Shown in pieces: positions 10,815-24,148 of a stretch of 64,000 bases of DNA (position 1 is its first letter; each line of letters starts with the position of its first letter). A model generated the notes under the pieces. That model was not told the DNA's origin, did not search any database, and was given only the letters and a program-made list of their open reading frames with translations. The translations under genes and the position numbers were made by a program. Location: contig NC_045724.1 of NCBI RefSeq assembly GCF_009834535.1, positions 18,972,001 through 19,036,000 of the forward strand, given 5' to 3'. The stretch comes from Camelus ferus. Its lineage: Eukaryota.

Positions 10815-11000
10815 TTGAAGACAGACGTTTTTAACTGGGGTTCCATGAGTGAATTTCAGAGGGACATGAATCCTCTGGTGTTTTATGCAAACGTGTATGC
10901 ACGCATGTGCATTTTGATGAATAGAAGATCTCTTTTCCCCAGCAGACTTTCTAAGGCCTCTGTGACTCTCTACCCCTCCGCTACAAGGTTGAGAACTAGT
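10815..11000. mobile_element. Old hAT-like MITE (subfamily not assigned)
   Basis: Termini resemble hAT-Charlie ends (...ttttaactgggg... / ...aaggttgagaactag). Confidence 0.45.
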
Positions 11001-11194
11001 GTACTATAGAAGAGGGATATAAATTAAGGCTAGAGGAAGTAATTGGTGAAGGTTTCATGGAAGAAGAAAAACTTGAGTTGGCCTTTGAGCCTGGATAGAG
11101 TTTGAATCGATGGGCATTCCAGTAGATGGTAGCAATATGAATGAACACATGGAGCCAGTGTTTATGGAGCAAGTACAATGTATCCAGCAATGCT

Positions 11195-11385
11195 TATCTT
11201 TATAAATGTTCACAATGGGCCTAGGAGGTAGCTACTATCGGTATCCTCATTTTATAGATGAGAAGACTGAGGATCATAAGGGTTAAGTAACTTGCCCAAG
11301 TCAATCAATTCTTAGGTGGTGGAACCAGGATCTGAATCTTTGCAGTTTAATTTCAACCCAGGTACATAAGCACTGCACTATAGAG
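11195..11385 (-). mobile_element. MIR SINE
   Basis: cattttatagatgagaagactgagg...gttaagtaacttgcccaag is the reverse MIR core. Confidence 0.85.
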
Positions 11386-11539
11386 CTTCCTTTCTGTGGT
11401 CCATTAGCAGTTTGTTTGCCTAGAATAGATGATTTGTGTTAGAATAGATGACAGGTAAGAAATAAGCATGGCTAGATAAGTAGGGCAGTACCAAACATGG
11501 AGCACTTTTAGGATCAAGAAGAAGAATTTGGATTTTTTT

Positions 11540-12490
11540 AAATTAATTTTTTTAGTTGTGATATAGTTGATGTACAATATGAGTTATAGGTATACAACAT
11601 AGTGGTTCACAATTTTTAAAGGTTATACTAAATTTACAGTTGTTCTTAACTATTGGCTATCTTCCCTGTGTTATACAATATATCCTTGTTGCTTATTTAT
11701 TTTGTACATAATAGTTTGTACCTTTTAATCCCATACTCCTATCTTGTCCCTCCCCTGGTCATTCTTCCTACTAGTAACCACTAGTTTGTTCTTTCTATCT
11801 GTGAGTCTGTTTTCTTTTTGTTATATTCACTAGTTTGTTTTATTTTTTAGATTCCATATATACATGATATTATGCATTATTTAGCTTTCTCTGACTTATT
11901 TCACTTAGCATAATACCCTCACGTCCATCCATATTGTTGTAAATGGCAAATTTTCATTTTTTATGGCTGAGTAGTATTCCATTGTATATAGATACACCAC
12001 ATCTTTTTTATTCATCCATCAGTTGGTGAACACTTAGGTTGCTTCATATCTTGGTGATTGTAAATAATTCTGTTATAAACATTGGGGTGCATGTACCTTT
12101 TTGNNNNNNNNNNNNNNNNNNNNNNNNNNNNNNNNNNNNNNNNNNNNNNNNNNNNNNNNNNNNNNNNNNNNNNNNNNNNNNNNNNNNNNNNNNNNNNNNN
12201 NNNNNNNNNNNNNNNNNNNNNNNNNNNNNNNNNNNNNNNNNNNNNNNNNNNNNNNNNNNNNNNNNNNNNNNNTCCCTGCCAATGTTTGTTATNNNNNNNN
12301 NNNNNNNNNNNNNNNNNNNNNNNNNNNNNNNNNNNNNNNNNNNNNNNNNNNNNNNNNNNNNNNNNNNNNNNNNNNNNNNNNNNNNNNNNNNNNNNNNNNN
12401 NNNNNNNNNNNNNNNNNNNNNNNNNNNNNNNNNNNNNNNNNNNNNNNNNNNNNNNNNNNNNNNNNNNNNNNNNNNNNNNNNNNNNNNNNG
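11540..12490 (-). mobile_element. L1 LINE 3' UTR and ORF2 C-terminus, interrupted by N-runs
   Basis: T-rich tail at ~11545, a typical L1 3' UTR (ttggctatcttccctgtg, ggtaaccactagtttg), and an ORF2 C-terminal remnant (...MKQPKCSPTD) in the ORF track. Confidence 0.92.
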
Positions 12491-12589
12491 TATGACTTAT
12501 GGTAATCCAGTTAGAAATTTTGCTCCTTTGTGTTAGTCTACTACCTAAGAAAACCACCCACCTTCATCACATTATCCTGTTTCATTGTC

Positions 12590-12790
12590 TTTGTAGCACT
12601 TATTTACTTACCTAAAAATTTTTTGTTGTCTGGCCTCTTTCGCTTTCCCAGAGTAAACTTTGAGAACAAGATACTTTGTCATGTTCACTGCTGTAGCTGT
12701 GGTGCCTAGAACAGTGCCTTGAACATTCTAGAATAGTGACAAATATTTGTTGACTAATGCTCAATAAATACCTGTTGAAGGAATAAGATA
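12590..12790 (+). mobile_element. L2 3' end
   Basis: tgttcactgctgtagct...gtgcctagaacagtgcc...aaatatttgttga matches the L2 tail. Confidence 0.7.
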
Positions 12791-12954
12791 TAGTCCTTGC
12801 TCTCAAGAACTTGATGGTCTAGTAAGGAATGGAAAATAAAAATATTTCAGACTGTAAACATACGAGGAATCAAGCCATTACAAGATAGTAAAATAGAATG
12901 AATTTAGGCTTTGAAGTCACAGACCTTGGTTCAAGTCCTCGTCCTGCCACTGAG

Positions 12955-13366
12955 TGTTATGGGCTGAATTGTGCCCTGACTCCCCATTTATACAATGAGC
13001 ACTAACCTCCAGTACCTCACAATGTGATCTTATTTGGAGATAGGCTTTCTATAAATGTAATTAAGTTAAAATGAGAACATTTGGGGTTGCCCTCATCCAA
13101 TATGACTAGTGTCCTTATAATAAGAGGAAATTAGGACACACGACACACAGAGAGAAAATGACATGAAGACATGGAGAAGATGGCCATCTCCAAGCCAGAA
13201 AGAGAGGCGAGGGCAGGTCCTTCCCGCACAGCCCTCAGAAGGAGCCCGCCCACAGGCGCCTTGGTCTCTGGGCTCCAGCCTCCACAACTGCGAGGAGATG
13301 TGTGTCTGTTATTGGAGCCACAGCCCATGGTGCTTTGTCAGGGCAGGGCCTGGAAAACAAATCACG
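12955..13366 (+). mobile_element. MLT1 (MaLR) solo LTR, B/C-like, nested in a MIR (MIR parts ~12880-12954 and ~13370-13510)
   Basis: Begins tgttatgggctgaattgtg; contains gtccttataataagagg, gccatctccaagccag and gtctctgggctccagcctcca, all typical of MLT1. The MIR core resumes after it. Confidence 0.88.
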
Positions 13367-14599
13367 CCGACCAACTTAAGTATTGACTTCATTTTTTTCA
13401 TCTGTAAAATGAAGAAAAATTACAGTATCTCTCTCCTACTATTGTGAGGTTTGTGTGTTAATGCATGCACAGTGTCTGAAACATACAAAGTGCATGTTAG
13501 CTTTTATTACTGGTACTGAAAGCAGTATTCAGTGTGGTTGTTACATCCTTTAAGTAGCAGATTGGTTTATCTCTTACTATTTTGGAGGTGTCTGTAGGCA
13601 TTCACATTTCCGTTCATTTTGAGTTATCAAATCTCAGCTTAATAGAATTGGAGATTAAAATTTATGGTCCAAACTATCCTCTAAAAATACCTCATATGCA
13701 AATTATCCCAACCAAAGTGTGATGTTTAAAAATAGTTAAGACCATTAGCTTAAAGCTACAGAAGTCCATGTACAGAAAAACACCTCAAATAGAATGTTAG
13801 TTTTTTTTTTTTTGGTCTTACAGGAGGAACTTAAAAAGAGATAAAGAAGTTATAGGTGATTTGCATCAAATACATTGGTAAATTACAAACCCCACAATAA
13901 AATATACTATATTCATGTGTAGGCAAAATAATAAACCTGCTTAGTGAGATATATTTTTGAAGATAAAAGGGCTCCGTTTACTTTGCCCAGAGCTTTTTTT
14001 GGTAATAGTTGGTAATGTCACAGACCTCTTGATCTTTGAAAAAGGTAGCAAAAAAAAAGGTACATTAGAAAAGTGTTAAAAGGATCAGTGGGGAGGATCA
14101 GCATCTCTAGAAATGAATGCTTTAGGGAAGAATCACACTTGCTTTCTCCCAATTTGTTCTAGTTGTACAAGGCATCCTTCAGTAAAGGCTCATTGGAATT
14201 TTCTTTAATCATGAATGTTGGAAGTTGGCCTAGAAGAATCTTTTTTGATAGTGGGATATAATTTTGTTTTTAACAAGGAATCTTGAATATTATTGTGGAT
14301 TCTAAATCTCAGTCTAATTAGTTTGCCCATCTCAGGCATTATCAGAAAAGTGATAGAAATAGTAAACTTGCTGTCAGGTAAAGGTACTAGCATGTTGCTC
14401 CCCACACAGCACTTTTGGAAAGGCTGCCAGTATAGGTTCTCAGGTTGTTTGTAAGGGTCATTCTCTTCGTGTGGAGCCTTTCCACTCATGCAGGTGGTAG
14501 TGTGAAGGAGGAGACTGGGAAGAAAGTGCTAATGGGAGTGGTACATGTCAAATGTTGGAAGATTTAAAAGCAATCCTAGATTATATTTAAGGAACGGCT

Positions 14600-17500
14600 T
14601 TATTTTTCAAGAAAATATTTACACAAAGTAATACATGAATATATGCTTTTGAAAAATTCAGACAATGTAGAGGCATAGAATCCTTTGTCATCCTCTCTCT
14701 TCTTTCTGAAATTCTTACTTTCTCTCTACAGAGATAGAAATTGTTAACCTTTGATAAGTTTACATTCATGTATAAGTAAATACACACATCTATAATTTAA
14801 AAAACACATATAGGATAATACTCTTTAAGTTTTGTCCTGTGATTTGCCTTTTTTCCCTCTTAATAGTAAATATTGATTAGAATTGGCTAGGTTGTCTTGC
14901 AGGAACAAATTAAGGCTGAAATTTTAGTAGTTTAACTCCTCAAAATCTATTTTTCATTCATATTTGTGGATTGGTAGGGGGGCTACTGCAATATCATTAT
15001 GCCATATGTAGTATATATATTTTAAATAACTGCATAGCAATCCATAGTGTGACTGTATTATAATTCAGTTAACTATCCCTAGGGATGGATGCTACAGTCA
15101 TTCTCATCCTTACACTGTTGCAATGGACATATTTGCATATTTATCTTTATACATAATTGGGACAGATTCTGAGTAAATAGATCACTTGGATCTGGATCAA
15201 AGGGTAATTAAATATTTGGTTTTGATGCATACTCCAAAATTACTCTCCAAAAGGACTGTATCAATCTGTATTCTCACCAGCTTTGGATAGTATCAATATT
15301 TTTATCTTTTGCTTGTGTTGTGGATAAACTATAATAACATTTGTTTTTAATTTGCATTTTTTATTAGTAATGAGATTAACATCTTGTGATCTATCTCTTT
15401 GTATCCTTTGACTATCTTTCTATGGATTTTTTTTCTTTTTTCCTATTAATTCATAGCGACTTTTAGTAAATATGTATGTGTTTATATGTACATGTACATG
15501 TATATGTGTATATATGTGTGTGTGTGTATTTCCAGTTTGTGGATTATGTTTTAACTTTGCTATAGTAAACTTTTATGGACAGCCATTCTTAATTATAATA
15601 TAGTCACATTTATCATTCTTTATGCTTTTGTTAGTGATTTTTATGTCTTGTACAATAAATCTGCTCTGAGGTTATAGATACATTATCCCATGTTTTCTTT
15701 GAAAATGTTTAAAGTTTTGGCTTTTACATTTGAGTATATCTAGAAGTGATTTTTGTGTTTGATGTAAGCTAAGAATCCAATTTTATTATTTCCTTATAAT
15801 CAGGGATTCTAGCACTGCTTATTTAAAGTTCCATCTTTCCCCCAATAACCTGCAATGCCATCTGCTATATATCATTTTAATGTATACAAAGTTATGTTCC
15901 TTTGTTTTCTAATGTTTCATTATTTATTTGTTCCATCCCTATGTCTTGATTACTATAACTTCCAAAAAATTTTGCTATTCAATACAGAAAGTTCCCTGTT
16001 TCAGTCTTCCTATTAGAAATGCCTTGTCTAGTCTTGAGCTTTTGCTCTCTGATATGTGTTTTAGAATTGGTTTAAGTTCCTGAAAAAGCACTGTTGAGCT
16101 TTTTCTTTGAATATCTGCTTCACTTTGGAGAGAAGTCATGACATCTCAACAGTATTGCATCTTTTTATATATTGACATGATACATCTCTCATTTATTTAG
16201 GCTTTCTTTAATGTCTCAATAATTCTCCATGAATGTCTTGCACAGCTTTTCTTAGATTTATTTTTTGGTACCATATATATTTGTTTCTATTATGAAATAT
16301 ATTAATAAAATATGTTTTTAATTGTTGCTGCTGTATAGTAATACAATTGATTTTTGAATATTGATTTTATATCTGGCCACCTTGCTGAACTTTTTATTAA
16401 TTCTAATAATTTATTTTTATTTATTATGTATAAAATAATTTTTTGTTTCTTCCTTTCAAGACCCTAAACTTTTAATTTTTTCTTATCTTACTGCATTTGT
16501 TAGAACCTCCAGTAAAATTCTGAGTAGATGGGTAATTGTAGATATCCTTGTCTTATTCCTAATTTTCAGAAGAATCCTTTGATAATGTTTTATCATAAGA
16601 ATGATGCCCTATATAGGGTGAGGAAACTCTACTCAACTCCTAAATTGAAGATACCTTTTCTAATGAGTTAGTGCTGAATATTATTAGAACTTTTCTGTAT
16701 CAGTCAAAATTACCATGAAATTTTTTCTCTTTTAGTATGTAAATATGGTAAATTATATTTATAAATTTCATACATTTCACATTTTGGGATAAACCTGCTT
16801 GGTTGTAATGTGTTATCTTTTTTTATAATGCTGGATTTGGTTTGCTAACGTTTCGTTTACATTCCTGCATCCGTGTTCATGGGTGGGTGGGCCTGTAATT
16901 TTCCTCTTTGCACTATCCTTATCTGGTTTGGATATTAATGTTATAGTAACATCATTGGCTAAATTGGGGAGTATTCTTCTTTTTGTCATTTCTGGTAGAG
17001 TTTGTGTAAGATTGGAACATCTGATTACTTGAGAGTTTTGTAGAATTCGTGTGCGCAGTCCTCTAGGCTTAGTATTTTCTTAGTGAGGAGATTTTAAAGT
17101 TCTAATTCCATTTTATGAGATGGAGTCATATGACTTCTCAAAACAATAAGATATATTGGTAAGATATATATTTCTAGAAATTTGTCTGTTTTTTCTAATG
17201 TTTCAAATTTATTGGCATAGAATTTCAGAATAGTCTCTTTAAAAAATTCTCCTCTTTATCTGAAGTTATGTCCCTCACTTCAGTCCTAGTATTATTTTGT
17301 CTACTCACTTTTTTTCTTGATCAGTCTTGCCAGAGGATTTTCTCTTTAATTAATTTTTGCACAGATTTATTTCTTGACTTGGTTAATACTCTCCGTTGTA
17401 TCTTTATTTTCCATCTTATTAATTTCTGCTTTTTTATTCATCTTCCTTCAACTTAGACATTATCATTCTTTTTTTAAAATTTTTTTCTATAGTTCAACCT

Positions 17501-19560
17501 TGGTTCACTAATTTTCAGATTTTGTTTTTTAATATGTAAGTATTTAAAGCTAAGCCTTTCCCTTCAAGTAATATTTTCACCACTTCTCACAAAACTTAAA
17601 GTACTTTGATTTTCACTCAGTTCTCTGTGTTTTCCTGGAATAAATATATTTTTCCTTCTAAATTTAACTTTTCTGTGTCTTCATGATGTAGGTATGTTAC
17701 TTGTGAATAGTATATAGCTGGGTCTTAAAAAATCCACTGACTGTATCTATCTTGTACTGGGAAGCTTAATCTATTAATATTCAATGGAATTTAGAATGTA
17801 TTTGGATTTGTTTTAACTGTCTTCATGCTTTTTATTTGTCCTGTTCTCTTTTCTTTTCTTCTCTCTCTCTCTCTTTGAAGGGTAGTTTGTTTTTATTCTT
17901 TCATTCTTTTTTTCTCTCAAATTGTTTAGAAATTCAACACTGTTTTTCTTTCCTTTTCAAAGTTTCATCTGGATTTTTTCCATTTATATTTAACTTAATG
18001 AAGTCCAAGGTTAATCAGTATCTTTACACTCCCTGCTGAATAGTAGAAGGTTGTGAACTTTGATCCTCCTCCATTAAATTATTACTATTCTTGGCCAATA
18101 TTTTATTTGTATCTTTTTAAAACTCCTAAATTAGACATTATTATAGTTATAGGTAATATATTTAAATTGACCAATTTATGTTGCTGTCTGCCAATATCTT
18201 TGCTCATTTTCCCTTCTTGTCTCTTAGTATTCTTTTCGGGTCATTTTCTCTCTTCCTGAAGCATATTCTTACAAAATTCCTTCGTTAAGTTTTCCTGGAG
18301 GCAAACTCTTACGGATTTGGTTTATCTGCAAATGTCCTAGTTAATGAAAGATAGTTTAGTTGAACATGCAGGTCTAGATTGATAGCCACTCTCTCTCTGC
18401 ACTTTGAAGGTCCTAGACACCCTTTCGGTTCATGTTCCTGCTCTTGAGAAGTGTGCTGTCTTTCTCAGAGAAGCATACTACTACCGTGTGTTTTGATATG
18501 ACTGTATATTTTACTAAACTCATGGATCACCATTGTTTCTTATACTTTATCTTCTCCTACAATGAGTTTATTGTTTAGGTTTAATTTTCTTTTGATTGAA
18601 ATGTTCTGCCTTGAATGATTTACTCAGAAAAGTGCACGGGTAATACAAATTTTGAGTCCTTGTTATGTTTGAAATTGCTCTTCTTTGGCCCCTTTAGTGG
18701 TCTGACCCTGCTTACTGCTGGGCCTGCTCTTCCCTCCTTTAGAGATATTCATGTCAAGACATAGCACGCCAGAGCCGTGAGGGCAAGTAATTCACAGGCT
18801 TATTACTCACTCAGGTACAAGCAAAGTCAAGGAAGTCTCAGAGGGAGGGGACCCAACGATGAGAGGACTCTCCAACTTCCTTATAAATGATGTTCTGGCC
18901 AGGCATAGAATTTTTGGGTCACAATCCTCTTCTTTCAAAAGTCACTAACTAATAAACCCCTCTTTTTTTTTTTTTTTTTTTTTGGATTCTACTAGCATCA
19001 ATGAGAAATGTGGTACCAGTTCTGATTCTCTTTCCTTTTTAAATAGCCTTGTCTCTCTCTGGAGATTTGTATGAATTTCTCTTTATCTTTGGAGTTCAGA
19101 AATGTCATGAGAATGTGCCTAAATATGTGTCATTTTCATTAATCCTGTCTAGTACTTATTGCGCCCTGCTGTTTGAAATATTGAGTCTTTTTTTTTCAAC
19201 TCAGGAAAACTTAAAACAATTTTTTTCCTTTTTATTTAATTGTGATTCTCCTCTGTTGCTTTTCTTCCTTCTGGGATGCCTTTATTTTCATTTGCTTTCA
19301 TTTCTTTTCACTGATGATATCCTTTCATTTGTATTTTCCTCTCCACCATACGATATTTTCTCCATTTGATCTTACAGATCTTCTGGCTTGCTCCTGATTG
19401 CTGCTCTGTTTTTCAGCAGTAGTAGTTTTTCATTTTCTCTTAGCTTTTAAATTCAGAAATAATGTTTATCTTTTAATTTGCCAAAACATATTTCTACCTT
19501 TTAAATAAATTACTCAAGAATTGTCGTTACAAAAAAAAAAAAAAAAGAATTGTCGTTACA
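14600..19560 (-). mobile_element. Long, old L1M (L1ME/L1MC-type) remnant, with an LTR-like insert at ~18700-18870
   Basis: About 5 kb of T-rich sequence with antisense L1 ORF2/ORF1 hallmarks (ttgctgaactttttattaattctaataa, gggataaacctgcttggttgtaatg, ttgcatccgtgttcatgggt). Boundaries approximate. Confidence 0.8.
19531..19544 (+). mobile_element. Poly(A)-only insertion flanked by a perfect 15-bp TSD
   Basis: AAGAATTGTCGTTAC (19516-19530), then A14, then AAGAATTGTCGTTAC (19545-19559). Confidence 0.8.
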
Positions 19561-20499
19561 TTTTTAAGTTCTGCCTAGGTTTTCTTCCCCATTAGATCTG
19601 CCTCAGTAGGAGCTGCCTGTTCAGTTCTGGCCTGCTCATGTCATCTGGTGGGGTTGGATCCCAAATGGAGCAGGATTTAAGGTCTCTTTAAAGCAGCCTG
19701 GTCCTCAGTTCTGGGAGGTTCAGGGTCTCTAGGTCTGGTTCTCCCTCAGGCAATCTCAGCGTTGTCCCAGGGTTGGTCAGTGAAGCCAGTTTGCTCTGCG
19801 GTGGCTAGTCTTCCTGGTGATGCAAACAAAATTCCAGAGGTATGTGTCCTCCACTGGTGGCTCTGCTCCATTTCCTTGAGAACTAAATGTCTCAGATAGG
19901 TATGGGACTGCCTCTGTCTTTAACAGTGGGTCACCCACCACACACACACACGCACACACACACACCCCTCTTGCCGCATTAGCTGTTTCTTTTGCTTGTT
20001 AAATGATAGTGAATGAAGTATGACTCATGTACATGTTCATAATCCAGGCCCCAACCTACCTTTCTGGCCTCTACCTGCTGCTTCTCCATACACAAAGTGT
20101 TTCGTAAGTGCTGAATTTTTCTTTTGTTTCCTGAACACATGAAATACTTTCTCATTTCCAGATCTTCTATCAGAAAGTGGGAAAAACAAGAGTGAAAATA
20201 TTAGAAACATAGACCAGGCTGACATCACGCCAGAGCCATCTCCCAACCACATTCTTAAAAACACAAATAAGGAAACAGAATCTTGCTTGGGATCACATAG
20301 CTTGCTTTAGTTAATATTAGGATATGGTGGGATATGACTCTTGACAGGAAGGAGTGAGACGGGGAGAACATGATGACAGGAAGGTCCTGCCAGTGAGAAG
20401 TGGGAGGAGAGGCAAGGTACTTCAGCGAGCTGTGAGTTCATTTGCTCATTTAATATGTCAGCAGTCTGAACATCACCAGATGAATTAGGAGGTGACAGA

Positions 20500-21050
20500 T
20501 TAGACATGAGAAAGAATATTTTAAATAGAGAGCAGCTTTATCAATGATCAGAAATGTGACAGTGCGTGATGTGCTTCGGAGAACAGAACAATTCAGAACT
20601 GCTGAAACATTTGGAGGGAGAGCAGGAAACGAGGCTGGGAAGGTCAGGTGGGGCCGGGTTGTGAAGGAGTTAGCATATCACACTTTGTTCTATACCCAGC
20701 TGTCATTTACTGAAGACCCACTGTGTGTCAGGAGCCATGCCAGCACAGGGGATAGAGGAGTGAGAAAGACAGTGTTCCTGTTCTCCAGGAGCTACAGGCA
20801 TTAAGGAGCTAATAGAATGAAGTAGTTTAAGCCTGTGGATTGATGGAAAGTTCAGAATCATGGAAGCAGGGGGTCCAGATAGATAGGAAACAGGTGCCTT
20901 AGTTCAAGGAAGAAATGAGGTGAGCCTGGACTTTGGAGAATGGTGGCAGTTGGTAGAGTAGATGTAACAGAAAGATGTGCGTGGGACAGGGAGAAGGTCA
21001 TGGAGGCAGGACTGGAGAAAGATGTGTGCCAGTAGCATCCCACTGCATCC
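20500..21050 (-). mobile_element. L2 fragments
   Basis: Purine-rich antisense L2 text (gaggctgggaaggtcagg...gttgtgaaggag; cactgtgtgtcagg...gggatagaggagtgagaaagacag). Confidence 0.65.
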
Positions 21051-22814
21051 GTCCTTCTCTGGCCTAAAGGTGGTGGAGATGTTGCTGCATCTCAGCTCTT
21101 GTTTCTTCTTCTCAAGGGTTCTTGAAGAGAGGGGGAGTCTAACTGCCCATCTTGCTCCCCATGGCTTAAAACATTGCATCTGTATTTCCAGTAAACACAG
21201 GATGTTGTTAGCCAGGTTAGAGTTTACACTCAACTGGTTCATTATAATTGACTTATTGGAAATGTTCCTGTGGAGAAATTCAATTATTTTCTTAGTTTTT
21301 ACTAGAGCAGTTAGAGATCCCTTTGAGGCAATTCTGTGAATTATCTTACATAGCTGTTGTAAAAAGAATAGCTAAATAAGGCAATATTGTATAATTCTAT
21401 GTATAAATATGTATAGTTTGAAATATTTAGAGACCATTAGTTTTTGTTTTCTTTATTGTCTTTTAACAAAATATTGTCTTTTATAAAAATAAAGGGGACA
21501 TGGCAATTGCCATTTTAACGAGGGATGTTTTACCAAACATCCTTTCCCTTTTCTTTCCTTACCGTTGGTACCTTATTTAAAGCTGTTTTCTCATAATATG
21601 CAACAAAAAAGATTTATCTCCTTGACAGCATATTTAATAACAGACAATTTAGCAGACACTATCGATACCTTCTAAATCATAATTTCTTCTAAGCAAATAA
21701 GTGCTGAGAACATTATATTACATTATATCTTTTCTCCCTGTTTACAGCTCCCAGGTTAGCCATGTATGTAAGCTGCACACTGCAGCTCTTCTCCCAAGCC
21801 TCCTGGACGGCATCTCGTGCTACTTGCAGGCTTGGAAATGGACAGACGATAGGATATCTTTATTTTTATCCTTTTCTAGGTTGCATAGATCATGAATCAA
21901 CAAATACTTAATGAATGCCTAATGCAACAGAACACCGAGTGCCATAGAAAGACAACAGGATGCCTGCATGGTAGGGACTGTTACTCTAGCGGAAAAGACA
22001 AACTGCCATCATGGAAGACATAAAGAGGTGTGGCAGGATTTCCCAGACGTTGTAATGTGCCCTGGCCCAGGTGTTTGCTCCCTTCCCATCGTACTCCATA
22101 CTGGCCCCAGCGCTCTTCGTGACCATGTGCTTCCTGCTTATCATGTGTAGAAAAGAATGGGAATCATCTGCCTCAGAAGTTTGGGAATAAGATCCAGCGC
22201 CTCCCAGGAGGAAACAAGACCTGAATGAAGTACCATCTAAATAAAGTGAAGGATAAAAGTTTGAAAGGGTAGCTCAATATTTATGAAGTCCTCGTTGACC
22301 TGTTTAGTATTAACCAGTGGAAAATTAAAAAGATATAACTTACAAACTTGCTGCCTGCCAAGAGTCATAAGCTCATGAATTTAATTAGGAAAAATGAGTA
22401 TTTCCTTATTTGCTGCTGCTGCTGCTGCTTCTCATTTACATGCAGAGAAGAGGAGTGACTTGTCCAGGGAACCCTATTCCCCAAGTTCTGTCTCTTACTG
22501 GGGCCCCCACTGTGCTCTCCTCCCACCAGCACCAGAGCACAGGCCAGAGTGGCTGAATAGGCTGGGCCAGTGAGTCATCGGTGGCAGTACTTTCTGACTC
22601 TGAACCATTTGCCTTTCCGCCTGCTGGGTCCTGTCCTCTTTGGGTTACAAATATTAGGCCTGTGCCCATTTTGGAGATGCTGAGGGCCAGTGACCTTGGA
22701 CCCGGGCTCTCTCACAACCACATAAGGTGTTTCCTTGTGATCTCTAACTTTGGTTCTAGACTCACAGTCTCTGTGCACTATTGCTGAATTTAGGCGCAAC
22801 CTATCAATTAAGCT

Positions 22815-23015
22815 TAATAGACCTACTGGACAGCACAGGAAACTATATTCAATTTCTTGTAATAACATATAGCAGAAACAAATCTGGAAAGAAAAAATAT
22901 TCGTGTGTGTGTGTGTGTGTGTGTGTGTGTAACTGAGTCATTTTGCTATACACCTGATACTAACACCTGATTGTAAATCATCTACACTTCAATAAAAAAT
23001 AAAATTAAAAAAATA
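22815..23015 (+). mobile_element. 5'-truncated L1 3' end containing a (GT)14 microsatellite (22903-22930)
   Basis: gcacaggaaactatattcaat...taactgagtcattttgctatacacctga...tacacttcaataaaa plus an A-rich tail. Confidence 0.88.
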
Positions 23016-23932
23016 AACTTACTCTAGGAGCTCTGAGTTCCTTTTGTTGTTTGGTACCTGAGGGAGCGGTTTGCCCCCTCTGCCTTCTACTTCCCAACAA
23101 ATCTCAAGGGAGAGAGCTCCTCTCTGCTTCCTGTCCTGGGGGAAAGAGGGCAGAGTTGTGTTAACTGGAGTGAATTGTTCCTCAATTATTGCCTTTGTAT
23201 ATACCAGTTTTTGAGTCAATCTTTGACCTTTACACTACTAATAAATGTTTATTGAGTGAAAAAAACCTTAATAGTATTTTGTATAACATAAGGATATAAG
23301 GATAGATACTTTAGAATTAAGACAAATGAAAGTGACAACTATAATTTGAAACGTAAACCTTTTGTCAAGCAGAGCTGAAGTCAGAAATACATAGTTTTGG
23401 AAAACAAAACCTAGAGATACCACAAATTTAGGTTTTATAATTTTAAAGTGGCCTAAATATTTTCTAAAGAGTCTCTAATACCAGATTCTCTGTAGCATAA
23501 TGGGTCAGGTGGCTTTTTCCTTTTCTTTTTGATATAGGAGATTGAAAGTGTAGCTCCAGGATCTTGGACCTATGAGAACAACTGATCTAGGTTACGTATT
23601 GGTAACTCCAGTACTCCTTTTCGGTATTGGAGTTACGTGTACATGAGTGAAGCCCATAGCTGCCACACATTCTGACAGACTGTTTGAAGAGATCTTTGGG
23701 TTTATGGCTCCCCTGGTCCAGACATTTCAAATATATTAGTTACTATAGGTTAATCTGGGCCTCAAAAGGATTACTCAAGAAACCTGTTAAGTGTGTTTGC
23801 ACAAGCTCCTGAAACTAACACTTCCCTGAAAGTTCCCTGGATAATCCTTTCAAGTGTCTGCCATGTTTGTTTCTCTTTGTAAGGACTTTCCAGTTCATCA
23901 GACTGAAATATAATCTCATATGCTCACCATTG

Positions 23933-24028
23933 ATTTATTTATTTATTGAAGTATAGTCAGTTTACAATGCATCGATTATTTCTGGTGTACAGCATAATGT
24001 TTCAGTCATACATATACATATATATATT
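23933..24028 (-). mobile_element. L1 3' tail fragment (~95 bp)
   Basis: ttattgaagtatagtcagtttacaatg...tctggtgtacagcataatgtttcagtcatacatatac is the reverse of the L1 end also seen at 30323-30448. Confidence 0.85.
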
Positions 24029-24035
24029 TTTTTTT

Positions 24036-24148
24036 AGGGGGAGATAATTAGGTTTATTTATTTATTTTTAACTAAGGTACTGGGAATTGAACCCAGGACC
24101 TCATGCCTGCTAAGCATGCACTCTACCACTGAGCTATACCCTCCCCCC
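24036..24148 (-). mobile_element. Vic-1 camelid SINE (tRNA-Ala(AGC)-derived)
   Basis: The minus strand reads GGGGAGGGTATAGCTCAGTGGTAGAGTGCATGCTTAGCAGGCATGAGGTCCTGGGTTCAATTCCCAGTACC...AAATAAATAAACCTAATTATCTCCCCC: A box, B box, AGC anticodon and the characteristic Vic-1 tail. Confidence 0.9.

Noticed and set aside
12012-12557. ORFs containing long X runs (also 25973-26420)
   Set aside because: Artifacts of N-runs inside L1 elements.
14205-14489. 94-aa minus-strand ORF and other 60-135-aa intergenic ORFs
   Set aside because: Random-like composition, mostly overlapping repeats, often non-ATG starts, and no recognisable domains.
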